In this document: in pieces, positions 25,108-34,628 of the stretch
Layout: every line of letters begins with the position of its first letter
Position numbering within the stretch: position 1 is the first letter of the stretch
NCBI GenBank assembly: GCA_041664265.1
Contig: JBAYLD010000001.1
Span: 134,358 to 198,357, forward strand
Source of the DNA: Minisyncoccota bacterium
Lineage (GTDB): Bacteria; Patescibacteriota; Minisyncoccia; Phycocordibacterales; Phycocordibacteraceae
DNA length: 64,000 nt
Reading direction: 5' to 3'
Translations under genes and position numbers: made by a program
Notes under the pieces: generated by a model
Told to the model about the DNA's origin: nothing
The model's database searches: none
Seen by the model: only the letters and a program-made list of their open reading frames with translations

Positions 25108-26216
25108 AGGTATGTCGCGGATCTGCGAAGTAATTCAACAAAACCCGCGTACACCTCCTCGACGGTTATTTGGTCTATAAAGCCATTCTTCTTGGCGAAG
25201 AACATTTGATAGAGCCCGCGCCCGCGCGACTTATCAATAATCACATCTTTACTGCTCCACGGCAGGTAGAAGTGCGGCCCGGGCCCCAAGATCGTGAGGC
25301 TACGCGTATCTGCCAGGTGCGCCATGTTGGCCGGGCCGCTATCGACACCGATGAAATAGTCGCTCTCCCTCAAGGCCAGCAGGAGCTGCGGCAGATTTAT
25401 TTTGCCGATAAGAGAATAGACGGGAAATCCCAGTTTTGATGCAATGAGATTGTAGTCACCAGCATCCTCTTCCCCGCCAACAAAGATGAAGCGGAAATCG
25501 TCGAGCGACTGCAGTTTGTTCAGAAGCGCGGTCCACTTCTCGATATCCCATTTTTTCATTATCCAGCTCGCACCGGTGTGAATAATTACTTTCTTTTGCG
25601 CTGTCTGAAATGCCTCAAGGTGTTGGACGTCGGCGAGTTCGCTTTCTGTAAAATGCAGCGGTTCACCATAGGAGGATTTTTGTAACTTTCCGCCCAGCAT
25701 TTCAAAATTGAGCTCTATCCATTGCTTGGGAGGCTTCCGGTTGAGCAAACTGCCCCAGAGATGCAGTGCATATCCGCTGTACTCACGAAGGCCGGTGCGT
25801 ATGTTATTCGCGGCTATGGTACGTATGAGACGGAAGGCGTCCTTGCTGATCCTCATGACGAATACCGTGTCATACGCGTCAAAAACTTGTTCCGTATGCT
25901 CTGCTTCTTCACTACTCCGCCTATAGAGCGACTTGGCGACATACACCCGCCGCACGCCGCATATCTTCTCGGCCAACGGCTTCAAAGGCGGCGATACCAT
26001 CAGATCGACGGCGCCGCCTTCGTGGCGCTGTATATACTCCCGCATCGCTGGTATCGAAGCGGCGAACTCCCCGATGAGGCAGGTGTTCACGATTAGTACG
26101 CTGCCCGTTTTTTTGGCGCGGCTTTTTGTGAAAAAGCTGCTCACCACAAGCGCACAAAAGAGGGGGATTTCCTGGTAGAGATTGAGATAATCCCAGTTTG
26201 CTTTTCTTCCGTTCAT
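25098..26216 (-). CDS. Glycosyltransferase family 9 (heptosyltransferase-like)
   Basis: 372 aa. IIHTGASWIMKKWDIEKW, FIFVGGEED, IGVDSGPANMAHLA. Confidence 0.6.
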   Translation of the reverse strand: MNGRKANWDYLNLYQEIPLFCALVVSSFFTKSRAKKTGSVLIVNTCLIGEFAASIPAMREYIQRHEGGAVDLMVSPPLKPLAEKICGVRRVYVAKSLYRRSSEEAEHTEQVFDAYDTVFVMRISKDAFRLIRTIAANNIRTGLREYSGYALHLWGSLLNRKPPKQWIELNFEMLGGKLQKSSYGEPLHFTESELADVQHLEAFQTAQKKVIIHTGASWIMKKWDIEKWTALLNKLQSLDDFRFIFVGGEEDAGDYNLIASKLGFPVYSLIGKINLPQLLLALRESDYFIGVDSGPANMAHLADTRSLTILGPGPHFYLPWSSKDVIIDKSRGRGLYQMFFAKKNGFIDQITVEEVYAGFVELLRRSATYLCQ

Positions 26217-26256
26217 CGTCGTGGCGCGGGGGCGCAGATGAGGCTATACTAGCACA

Positions 26257-26955
26257 ATGCACCGACGATTTTTCTCTATTGTCGTCCCTGTCTATAACGA
26301 AGAGCGCATTATCGAGAAGGCCTTGGAGTATCTACTCTCTATAGAGTATCCGAAGGATCGCTACGAGATTATCGTCGTTGAGAATGGCTCGACCGACGCG
26401 ACGTTCGCATTAGCAAAGAAGCATGAGTCCAGAAATTGCCACGTGTGCCAATCAGAGAAGGGCGTCTCAAAGGCGCGCAACTTCGGTGCCACCCAATGCT
26501 CCCCGGATATGGAGTGGTGCATCTTCCTCGATGCTGATACTTTTTTGAAAAAAAACATCCTGAATGAAATAAGCGCGTATCTCGATGCCCATCCGGACGT
26601 CGCCTTCGGGACAACCACCGTATGGCTCGACGACGAAACATTCGCGGGCAGGTTCTGGTCACGCTACCTCAATAGCACCGACCGGCTGGTGAAGATCATG
26701 CACCGCGCGCATATCGTCCGACGCGACTTGATTGATAAGGTTAGCTATGACGAGGAGCTCGTCTCGGGCGAAGATATGAAGTACTCCCGGGCGCTCGCGA
26801 AATACGGGAAGTATTTCTTTATGCCCACCGACCAGGTCATCACCTCGGCGCGGCGCTTCAAGCAGAAGGGTTATCTCAAGATGTTCTTCATCAATATGCA
26901 GTCCGGGCTGCCGAAGCACCTGCTTAAGCGCTGCGGCTGGGAGGCTATTCGCTGA
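26257..26955 (+). CDS. Glycosyltransferase family 2
   Basis: 232 aa. FSIVVPVYNEERII...IIVVENGSTD...FLDADTF. Confidence 0.7.
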   Translation: MHRRFFSIVVPVYNEERIIEKALEYLLSIEYPKDRYEIIVVENGSTDATFALAKKHESRNCHVCQSEKGVSKARNFGATQCSPDMEWCIFLDADTFLKKNILNEISAYLDAHPDVAFGTTTVWLDDETFAGRFWSRYLNSTDRLVKIMHRAHIVRRDLIDKVSYDEELVSGEDMKYSRALAKYGKYFFMPTDQVITSARRFKQKGYLKMFFINMQSGLPKHLLKRCGWEAIR

Positions 26956-26958
26956 ATT

Positions 26959-29238
26959 TTATCTCCCTCCGCGTTGCAACACTTGTAGCGCCTGCCGGGC
27001 GCCACCATGGCGTGGGTTTACCGCGAGTGCCTTCTCCCACTCTTGCCGCGCGGCCGCAGAATCGCCCATCTGATACCGCAACAGGCCAAAATTGTAGTAG
27101 ACATCATCATAAAAAGGATTGATCAGGATTTCTTGCCGATATTCTTCTTCAGCTTCCGCCCATTCACCACGCGCCGCGTAGATCAAGCCGAGATTATTGT
27201 GCGCCATCGTCTCTTTGGGATTCAGCGCGAGCGCTCGCCGGCTGTACTCCTCAGCAAGCGAATAGTTCTGATCAAGATACTGCATCGCACCAAGATTCTT
27301 CTGCGCGAGCGGCGAGTGCGGAGAATGCGAAGCGGCGTTTTGCCAAAATACCAGCCGGTTAGCAAAAACATCTTGGTGTACGAAAGTGATGCCAAGATAG
27401 AGGAATACTATCGGGAGTGCCAGTAAGGACCGTTCGTAATGCATTGCATTAAAATACCAGCCCACGCGGCTTTCTGCGATAAAGATAAGCAGTCCAATGA
27501 TCGGCACGTAGAGGCGATGTTCGATAAAGTCCGCCGTGCCGGATATGTCGGGCCTCACGAACGAGGGCCAGAGGAAGAGGAGAAACCAGGCGAGACCAAA
27601 CAACATCATGCAATACGTATGTCGGGAGGTTTGTCTTTTGCGCACCTGCCAGAATACCACTGCAGTCATGAGCGCGATGGCGAGATACCCCCAAAGAAAC
27701 GTCGTGTCCTGCAATATCGGCAGGACGGAGAGATTGAAAGGGAAAAACACCTTCCCCAGAAGCGGCAATGTACCGGGGACGTTTTTTATAAATCCAAAAA
27801 CGATATCGCGCAGCGGCATCGCAAGCGCCTCGCCCATTATAAGGAGGCGGAGCGGGAAATAGAGCGCGAGCGAGAGCCCCCACCCCGCGCTAAGCTGCAA
27901 CAACGTCGACTTATTCATCGCACCGCGAATGAAAAGGTACCCGACGCAGAGGAACGGCAGAACGATCGCGGTCTCCTTCGTGAAAAGGGCCAGAGTAAAG
28001 AAGAATACAGACCATCGAAGCGCTTTTTGCTTCCCTTCTGCGTTCGTGCCTATAAAATCCAATAGGTAGATGAACGACGCTAAAACAAAAACCGCAAGCA
28101 AAGAATCGTTCCTTCCTGGTATCCAGGCCACTGCTTGAGTCAAAGCCGGATGCACGACGAACACAAGTCCTGCAAAAAGCGAGATGCGTTTTGAATATGT
28201 CAGCTTCGCAAAGAGTGCGTATACCAGGCACGCGGCAACGAGATGAATACCGACGTTCACGAGGTGGTAGAACAGCGGCATCGCCCCGTCGACAATCGCC
28301 TCGGGGATGAAGGAGATCGTGAGGAGTGGGCGGTAATAGAGCGTCGTGTCTTGCGCCGCGGCGAACACGCCATCGGCAAACGCACCGAAGAGGTACCAAA
28401 AGTCCTCGAGTGCAGCGAGGTTATCCAAGATGAGCACGTGATCATCCAGATAGGTGAAGCCGAAGAAAAATGATTTTGCATATAGCAGTACCCCCACGCC
28501 ACAAATGACTGCGTAGGCCGCATAGGTGCGTGCTGCGAGCCAGTGGCGCAAAGCGACACCCAGGGTTTGTAGGCCGTACTTGATGCTACGAGAGAAGTTA
28601 ATGCTGGAGGCCTCGGGGAAATAGCGCACCGGGACAGGAATCTCCCCAATGCGGTACTTCTCCTCAACTGCCTGGAACAACACTTGGGTATCGAATACAA
28701 AATCATCAGAGTTGCTTGAAAAATCAATCTGCGCCAGCACCTCGCGCGTATAGGCGCGCATGCCGGTGTGCCATTCTGAAAGGTCATATCCGCTGGCGAG
28801 ATTCTCTATGAACGTCAGGAATCGATTTGCGTAATATTTATATGCTGGCATACCTCCCGCGAGCGTCTCTCCCCTGCTCCTTATCCTTGAGCCAAGAACG
28901 ATGTCAAAATAGCCATCTCGGATCAAACCGACAAAATGAGGTATGAGCTTCGGGTCATATTGGTAGTCGGGATGAAGCATGACGACAATATCGGCACCGT
29001 GCGCAAGCGCTGCCTCGTAGCAGGTCTTCTGATTGGCGCCGTAGCCCCTATTCTTGTCGTGGGTGATGACCGTGAGAGCGAGCGATTCTGCCACGCGTAT
29101 CGTCTCGTCGTGGGAGCCGTCATCGACGAGGATGATTTCATCAACGAATTCTTTTGGTATATCTGCGACCGTCTTCTCGAGTGTCTTTGCCGCGTTGTAC
29201 GCGGGAAGCACGACAATGACCTTCGGTTTTTCATCCAT
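26959..29238 (-). CDS. GT2 glycosyltransferase fused to a polytopic membrane domain and C-terminal TPR repeats
   Basis: Start set at [10 protein letters not shown]; the ORF-track N-terminus up to 29361 overlaps tRNA-Ser. N-terminal GT2 domain ([15 protein letters not shown]...[11 protein letters not shown]), more than 10 TM helices, then TPR-like repeats ([32 protein letters not shown]). Confidence 0.6.
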   Translation of the reverse strand: MDEKPKVIVVLPAYNAAKTLEKTVADIPKEFVDEIILVDDGSHDETIRVAESLALTVITHDKNRGYGANQKTCYEAALAHGADIVVMLHPDYQYDPKLIPHFVGLIRDGYFDIVLGSRIRSRGETLAGGMPAYKYYANRFLTFIENLASGYDLSEWHTGMRAYTREVLAQIDFSSNSDDFVFDTQVLFQAVEEKYRIGEIPVPVRYFPEASSINFSRSIKYGLQTLGVALRHWLAARTYAAYAVICGVGVLLYAKSFFFGFTYLDDHVLILDNLAALEDFWYLFGAFADGVFAAAQDTTLYYRPLLTISFIPEAIVDGAMPLFYHLVNVGIHLVAACLVYALFAKLTYSKRISLFAGLVFVVHPALTQAVAWIPGRNDSLLAVFVLASFIYLLDFIGTNAEGKQKALRWSVFFFTLALFTKETAIVLPFLCVGYLFIRGAMNKSTLLQLSAGWGLSLALYFPLRLLIMGEALAMPLRDIVFGFIKNVPGTLPLLGKVFFPFNLSVLPILQDTTFLWGYLAIALMTAVVFWQVRKRQTSRHTYCMMLFGLAWFLLFLWPSFVRPDISGTADFIEHRLYVPIIGLLIFIAESRVGWYFNAMHYERSLLALPIVFLYLGITFVHQDVFANRLVFWQNAASHSPHSPLAQKNLGAMQYLDQNYSLAEEYSRRALALNPKETMAHNNLGLIYAARGEWAEAEEEYRQEILINPFYDDVYYNFGLLRYQMGDSAAARQEWEKALAVNPRHGGARQALQVLQRGGR

Positions 29239-29244
29239 AGACTG

Positions 29245-29331
29245 CGGAGGCGGGAGGATTCGAACCCCCGATGCCCTTTCGGACATACTAGTTTTCGAAA
29301 CTAGCGCGATCGACCACTCTGCCACGCCTCC
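29245..29331 (-). tRNA. tRNA-Ser (anticodon CGA)
   Basis: Reverse complement GGAGGCGTGGCAGAGTGGTCGATCGCGCTAGTTTCGAAAACTAG...GGGGGTTCGAATCCTCCCGCCTCCG. Long variable arm, anticodon loop TTCGAAA. Confidence 0.85.
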
Positions 29332-29381
29332 GGTACTGGCCATCCTAGCATTTCGAGGCAAAAATGATAAGGTTTATGCGA

Positions 29382-29453
29382 GGCCCTATCGTCTAACGGT
29401 TAGGACGCCGGCTTTTCAAGCCGATAACCGGGGTTCGATTCCCCGTAGGGCTA
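29382..29453 (+). tRNA. tRNA-Glu (anticodon TTC)
   Basis: GGCCCTATCGTCTAACGGTTAGGACGCCGGCTTTTCAAGCCGATAACCGGGGTTCGATTCCCCGTAGGGCTA. D-arm and loop closely match bacterial tRNA-Glu. Confidence 0.8.
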
Positions 29454-29483
29454 CAAATTGAAATTGTGGTATAGTCTACTTAC

Positions 29484-29557
29484 GCGCGCTTAGCTCAGTT
29501 GGTTAGAGCGTCTCATTGACGTTGAGAAGGTCGGGGATTCGAATTCCTCAGCGCGCA
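29484..29557 (+). tRNA. tRNA-Val (anticodon GAC)
   Basis: GCGCGCTTAGCTCAGTTGGTTAGAGCGTCTCATTGACGTTGAGAAGGTCGGGGATTCGAATTCCTCAGCGCGCA. Confidence 0.88.
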
Positions 29558-29558
29558 C

Positions 29559-30395
29559 ATGAAATCAAAAAAATACAACCCTCGCGCCAAGCGGCGTCCT
29601 AGCCGGGCAAGTGCGCCTCGGCATGACAAATCTTTTGCAGGAGGAAAAGAGAAGGTCTACATCTATGGCAAGCACGCGCTCATGGAGGCCCTGCGTAATG
29701 CGCCGAAGGTGATTCGAAAGGTATTCCTCGCACCCGACTTAAAAGATGCCGAGCTGCGCGCCCTCTTAACAAAAAACGCCATCCCTACTGCTGAACTTGC
29801 TTCAGGCAAGGGCAAAGAGCTCGTGGGCAAAGACACAGTGCACCAGGGCGTCATCGCGGTCATGAACCCTGCTGCCCTACTTATGTCGTTCGATGATTTT
29901 TTGGCTGACCCTTCGCTTTGCTCAGGGTCCGCTAAAACTGCAGTAGCAGTTTTAGCGGAGATGCAGGATCCGCACAATGTCGGTGCGGTCATCCGCTCGG
30001 CCGCCGCCTTCGGCCTCTCGGCCGTCCTCATCCCCGAGCACCATCAGGCGGGCATCACGGGCGCCGTCGTGAAGAGCTCCGCCGGCATGGCCTTCCGTAT
30101 CCCGCTCGTCTCGATCGGCAACGTGAACAATGCGCTCAAGGCTCTGAAAGATAAGGGCTTCTGGATCTACGGCCTCGCAATGGATGGTAAAACGGCTCTC
30201 GGCGCAGAGGCGTTCGATGCACCGACCGCATTCGTCATCGGCAACGAGGGCGCCGGGATCCGCGAGAAGACGCTCATCGCTTGCGACGTCACGCTCGCGA
30301 TCCCCATGCACGCGCGCACCGAATCGCTCAACGCTGCTGCCTCGGCAGCCATCGTCTTCTACGAGTGGTCGAGCAAGCACCCAGAGGCGTTATGA
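29559..30395 (+). CDS. rlmB: TrmH/SpoU-family rRNA 2'-O-methyltransferase (RlmB-like)
   Basis: 278 aa. DPHNVGAVIRSAAAFG, FVIGNEGAGI, LAIPMHARTESLNAAASAAIVFYE. Confidence 0.7.
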   Translation: MKSKKYNPRAKRRPSRASAPRHDKSFAGGKEKVYIYGKHALMEALRNAPKVIRKVFLAPDLKDAELRALLTKNAIPTAELASGKGKELVGKDTVHQGVIAVMNPAALLMSFDDFLADPSLCSGSAKTAVAVLAEMQDPHNVGAVIRSAAAFGLSAVLIPEHHQAGITGAVVKSSAGMAFRIPLVSIGNVNNALKALKDKGFWIYGLAMDGKTALGAEAFDAPTAFVIGNEGAGIREKTLIACDVTLAIPMHARTESLNAAASAAIVFYEWSSKHPEAL

Positions 30396-31255
30396 GTGAA
30401 AAGGAGATTGTAGTGCTCTACCATGGCGGCTGCCCCGACGGCTTCAGCGGCGCCTATGCCGCGTGGAAGAAATTCGGCGATACAGCAGAATATATCCCAT
30501 TAAAACTACATGCCCGGCCGGTCCCTGAAGGACTCGCGGGCAGGCGGTTATTTTTCATTGATTTCACCTATCCGCAGGACATCATGGACGAGATCGTGAG
30601 GACCGCCGCATCGGTCACCGTTCTCGACCATCATCGAGGCATACAAGAAGTGGTTGAACGCATGCCCGAACATGTCTTTGACGAGAAGCGGTCCGGTGCG
30701 ACCATCGCGTGGAGCTACTTCCATCCGGACACTCCTGTTCCCGTTCTGCTGAGATACGTCGAGGATGGCGATCGGTACGTCTTCCAGCTCCCGGATTCTC
30801 GCGCAGTGCTCGCCTATGCCTATACACAAAAATTTACGTTTGAAGCATGGGACCAGTTGGTACAAGAGTTTGAAGATGAAAAGACGCGTGCGACATTGCT
30901 GGAGAAAGGAAAAGTGTATGCAGAGCATTTTGCCATTCTGGTCGGGCAGATCGCCAACAAAGCAAAGCTTGTGTCGTTTGAAGGCTTCACGTGCCCCCTC
31001 GTCTCTGCTGCGGACATGTTCACTTCTGATGTGGGGAATCGGCTCGCACAAGAGCGCCCGCCGCTCGGCATCGTGGTCAACTTCCGCGAGGATGTCCTCC
31101 ATGTGTCGCTCCGGAGCACTCCCGACCTGGATGTCTCGATCATCGCGCAGAAGTATGGCGGCAATGGCCACCCGCAAGCCGCCGCATTCAATGTCGCCTG
31201 GGGTTGCCCGCTCCCTTGGACCGTTTTAGAGGAACATGAGAATCCTTGCCGTTGA
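30392..31255 (+). CDS. DHH-family phosphoesterase (NrnA-like)
   Basis: Start at MSEKEIVVLYHGGCPDGF, ATGA overlap with rlmB. DHH motif VLDHHRG. Confidence 0.55.
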   Translation: MSEKEIVVLYHGGCPDGFSGAYAAWKKFGDTAEYIPLKLHARPVPEGLAGRRLFFIDFTYPQDIMDEIVRTAASVTVLDHHRGIQEVVERMPEHVFDEKRSGATIAWSYFHPDTPVPVLLRYVEDGDRYVFQLPDSRAVLAYAYTQKFTFEAWDQLVQEFEDEKTRATLLEKGKVYAEHFAILVGQIANKAKLVSFEGFTCPLVSAADMFTSDVGNRLAQERPPLGIVVNFREDVLHVSLRSTPDLDVSIIAQKYGGNGHPQAAAFNVAWGCPLPWTVLEEHENPCR

Positions 31256-32534
31256 AACCTCTTGTGACGAGACTGCCATCGCGATTCTTGAATGCAGTGG
31301 CGACCCCTCGGCAGGACTCGGGACAAGTGAAAACGCGACCTGTACCGTGCTCGGGAACGCGCTCCTCTCGCAGATAGACCTGCACAAGCAGTATGGCGGC
31401 GTCTTCCCCGCGCTCGCCAAACGTGAGCATGCGAAGAATCTCGTGCCGATCCTCGAAGCGGCACTTGAGGAGGCGGAGTGTGTTCGGAAAGGAAAACAGA
31501 TGATATCTGATGGGCTGTTGGCCGAAGTTGAGGCTATGTTGGCGCGTGAGCCCGGCCTTACCGAAGCCTTTTTCGCTTTTGTCTCTGAATGCGAACCGCC
31601 AGCGATCGACGCGATTGCGGTTACCGCGGGTCCCGGACTTGAGCCCGCGCTCTGGGTCGGCATCAACTTCGCGAAGGCGCTCGCTCTCGTATGGCAGAAG
31701 CCGCTCGTCGCAGTGAATCATATGGAGGGACATATTCTCGCTGCCATCGCGCAAAGAACACAAGGAGACACCTCGCCTTCGCGAGGAGTCACCTTGCGCA
31801 AATCCGAAACAGAAAAATTAGAAATTAAAAATGTACAATTTCCAATACTCGCACTGCTGATATCCGGCGGACATACCCAACTTGTGCTGATGAAAAAATG
31901 GCTTGAGTATGAGCTCGTCGGCGAGACGCGCGACGATGCCGTCGGCGAGGCCTTCGATAAGGTCGCGCGCATGCTCGCGCTCCCCTATCCGGGCGGGCCA
32001 GAGATCTCGCGCCTCGCTGAAGAAGTCAGACAGGAATGTCAGGACATCGGAAGTCCCACATCAGATGTGGGACTTCCGATGTCCCACACATGGGCGAAAC
32101 TGCCGCGGCCGATGATTAACGAAAATAGCTGCGACTTCTCATTTGCAGGATTGAAAACCGCGGTGTTGAACCTTTTGAAAAAGGTCCCCGATATCCGCGA
32201 CGAAGACAAGAAGCATATCGCCCACGAGTTCGAAAACGCCGTCACTGACGTATTGTGGAAGAAGACTGCGCGTGCGCTCAAAGAGACGGGAGCCAAGACG
32301 CTCGTCATCGGCGGCGGCGTCTCGGCGAATACTCATATCAAACGCACCTTCCGAGAAAACATCGCTCAAGAATTCGGGAATATCGATCTTCGCATACCGA
32401 AGGCGAGCCTCTCGACCGACAACGCCATCATGATCGGGCTCGCCGGCTACTATCGCGCCTTACGCGAAGAAGTTGTCCAACCTTCCGACGAACTCAAAGC
32501 AAACGGTAATCTCTCTCTCGCAAAAAAGCCCTGA
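31236..32534 (+). CDS. tsaD: tRNA N6-adenosine threonylcarbamoyltransferase TsaD (Kae1/Gcp), carrying in-frame insertions
   Basis: 432 aa. MRILAVETSCDETAIAIL, HMEGHILAA, VIGGGVSANTHIKR. It is about 90 aa longer than typical TsaD. The insertions coincide with palindromic repeats at 31763-31794 and 32042-32084. Confidence 0.85.
   Translation: MRILAVETSCDETAIAILECSGDPSAGLGTSENATCTVLGNALLSQIDLHKQYGGVFPALAKREHAKNLVPILEAALEEAECVRKGKQMISDGLLAEVEAMLAREPGLTEAFFAFVSECEPPAIDAIAVTAGPGLEPALWVGINFAKALALVWQKPLVAVNHMEGHILAAIAQRTQGDTSPSRGVTLRKSETEKLEIKNVQFPILALLISGGHTQLVLMKKWLEYELVGETRDDAVGEAFDKVARMLALPYPGGPEISRLAEEVRQECQDIGSPTSDVGLPMSHTWAKLPRPMINENSCDFSFAGLKTAVLNLLKKVPDIRDEDKKHIAHEFENAVTDVLWKKTARALKETGAKTLVIGGGVSANTHIKRTFRENIAQEFGNIDLRIPKASLSTDNAIMIGLAGYYRALREEVVQPSDELKANGNLSLAKKP
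32042..32084. repeat. 43-nt perfect palindrome inside the tsaD coding sequence
   Basis: ggacatcggaagtcccacatc a gatgtgggacttccgatgtcc. Both strands encode DIGSPTSDVGLPMS. Confidence 0.8.
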
Positions 32535-32551
32535 TCTGCTATATTTTCAAC

Positions 32552-34624
32552 ATGGATGAGAAGTTTTTAAAGCCCTACGATGCCGCTGCGACCGAGCCGC
32601 GGATATATGAAGAATGGGAGCAAAGCGGCTTTTTCAACCCGGACAACTTGCCCACCGAACTCCTTTTGCAGACCGAAGGTAAAGCCTACACCATCGTCAT
32701 GCCGCCGCCAAACTCGAACGGTGATCTTCATGCCGGTCACGCGCTATTCATAACGATCGAAGATATCCTTACTCGCTTCAAACGCATGCAGGGCTACCGA
32801 GCACTGTGGATACCGGGTGCTGATCACGCTGGATTCGAGACCCAAGTTGTCTACGAAAAAAAGCTCGAAAAAGAAGGCCGCTCGCGTTTCAGTATGGACC
32901 CAGGGGAGCTCTACAAGGAGATCCTTGCTTTCACCCTTGAGAATAAGAAAAAAATGGAGAAACAGGTCCGTGCTCTCGGCGCATCTTGCGACTGGTCGCG
33001 CGAGAAATTCACACTCGATCCGGACGTTGTCGAGAACGTGCAGAAAACGTTCGTGAAGATGTTTGACGATGGCCTCATCTATCGCGGTCAGCGTACAGTG
33101 AATTGGTGCCCGAAACATCAGACATCTCTTTCAGATGTGGAAACAGATTCTGTCGAAGAAAACACGCCGTTCTATACGTTTAAATACGGGCCTTTCAATA
33201 TCGGCACTGTGCGTCCGGAAACAAAATTCGGTGACAAATATGTCGTTATGCACCCAAATGACGCGCGCTATAAGAGCTGGAAGCATGGACAGACGCTCGA
33301 AGTTGAATGGATCAATGGCCCCATTACAGCAACGGTCATTAAGGATAGCGCTGTCGACATGGAATTCGGCACCGGCGTAATGACTATTACGCCATGGCAC
33401 TCGCAGGTGGACTTTGAGATCGCACAACGGCACGGGCTTGAGATGGAACAGATTATTGACTGGCGCGGCAGGCTCCTCCCTATCGCCGGAGAATTCGCCG
33501 GCATGAAAATAGCCGAGGCGCGTGCAAAGGTTGTCGAAAGACTCGCTGCAAAAGGCCTCTTAATCTCAACGGATGAAAAGTATCAGAACGTCGTAAAGCG
33601 TTGCTATAAATGCGCGACAATGATAGAGCCTCAGGTTAAAGACCAATGGTTCGTGAAGATGGCGTCCTTAGGAAATATGGCCATAACTGCAGTCAACAAG
33701 GGCGCGGTGAGATTCATCCCGAATAATTATGAAAAGATATTCCGTTATTGGATGGAAAACACGCTCGACTGGAACATCAGCCGCCAGATAGTCTGGGGCA
33801 TTCCGATTCCTGCGTGGGAAAAAAACGGGGAGTGGAAAGCCAGTCTCGAGTCCCCAGGTGACGGTTGGACAAAAGACGTGGATACGTTCGATACGTGGTT
33901 TTCTTCTGGCCAATGGCCGTTACTCACGACCGGGTACCCGGACGGAAAAGATTTTAGTACCTACTATCCAACCGACGTGATGGAAACCGGTCATGATCTC
34001 ATTTTCAAATGGGTACCGCGTATGGTCATCTTCGGACTTTATCTCTCAGATCAACCGCCCTTCCATACGGTATATCTTCACGGCCTGGTAAACGATGCGA
34101 ATGGCAAGAAAATGAGCAAGTCGAAAGGTAACGTCGTCTCACCGCTCTCTCTCACCGAGAAGTACGGCACGGATGCGCTCCGCATGGCGCTCATTGTCGG
34201 TAATACGGCAGGGACAGATCTAGCGCTTCGTGAGGATAAAGTGAAGGGCTACAAGCACTTCGCGAATAAGCTCTGGAACATTGCACGATTTGTGCTTTCG
34301 CAGGAACGCACAGGAGAGATCAAGAGGGATCTAAAATCTGAATTCGATGCGCTTGCAGTCGAAATTTCTGAAGATATTGAAGAATTTCGTATCTACATGG
34401 CTGCAGAGAAGCTTTATCACTATCTTTGGCATCGTTTTGCAGATGAAATCATCGAAGAAAGCAAAGGCAAGGTCGAATACAGCGCGACGCTTTACTACAT
34501 CTTAGAGAATTCGCTCAAGCTCCTCCACCCCTTCATGCCCTTCGTCACCGAAGAGATTTATCAGTCGCTACCCACAAAAGACTCTCAATTCCTCATGATC
34601 GCGCGCTGGCCAGTGGTAGAATAG
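32552..34624 (+). CDS. valS: Valyl-tRNA synthetase (short form lacking the C-terminal coiled-coil)
   Basis: 690 aa. HIGH-type PPPNSNGDLHAGHA and KMSKSKGNVV. The editing-domain region is present. Confidence 0.88.
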   Translation: MDEKFLKPYDAAATEPRIYEEWEQSGFFNPDNLPTELLLQTEGKAYTIVMPPPNSNGDLHAGHALFITIEDILTRFKRMQGYRALWIPGADHAGFETQVVYEKKLEKEGRSRFSMDPGELYKEILAFTLENKKKMEKQVRALGASCDWSREKFTLDPDVVENVQKTFVKMFDDGLIYRGQRTVNWCPKHQTSLSDVETDSVEENTPFYTFKYGPFNIGTVRPETKFGDKYVVMHPNDARYKSWKHGQTLEVEWINGPITATVIKDSAVDMEFGTGVMTITPWHSQVDFEIAQRHGLEMEQIIDWRGRLLPIAGEFAGMKIAEARAKVVERLAAKGLLISTDEKYQNVVKRCYKCATMIEPQVKDQWFVKMASLGNMAITAVNKGAVRFIPNNYEKIFRYWMENTLDWNISRQIVWGIPIPAWEKNGEWKASLESPGDGWTKDVDTFDTWFSSGQWPLLTTGYPDGKDFSTYYPTDVMETGHDLIFKWVPRMVIFGLYLSDQPPFHTVYLHGLVNDANGKKMSKSKGNVVSPLSLTEKYGTDALRMALIVGNTAGTDLALREDKVKGYKHFANKLWNIARFVLSQERTGEIKRDLKSEFDALAVEISEDIEEFRIYMAAEKLYHYLWHRFADEIIEESKGKVEYSATLYYILENSLKLLHPFMPFVTEEIYQSLPTKDSQFLMIARWPVVE

Positions 34625-34628
34625 ACGG

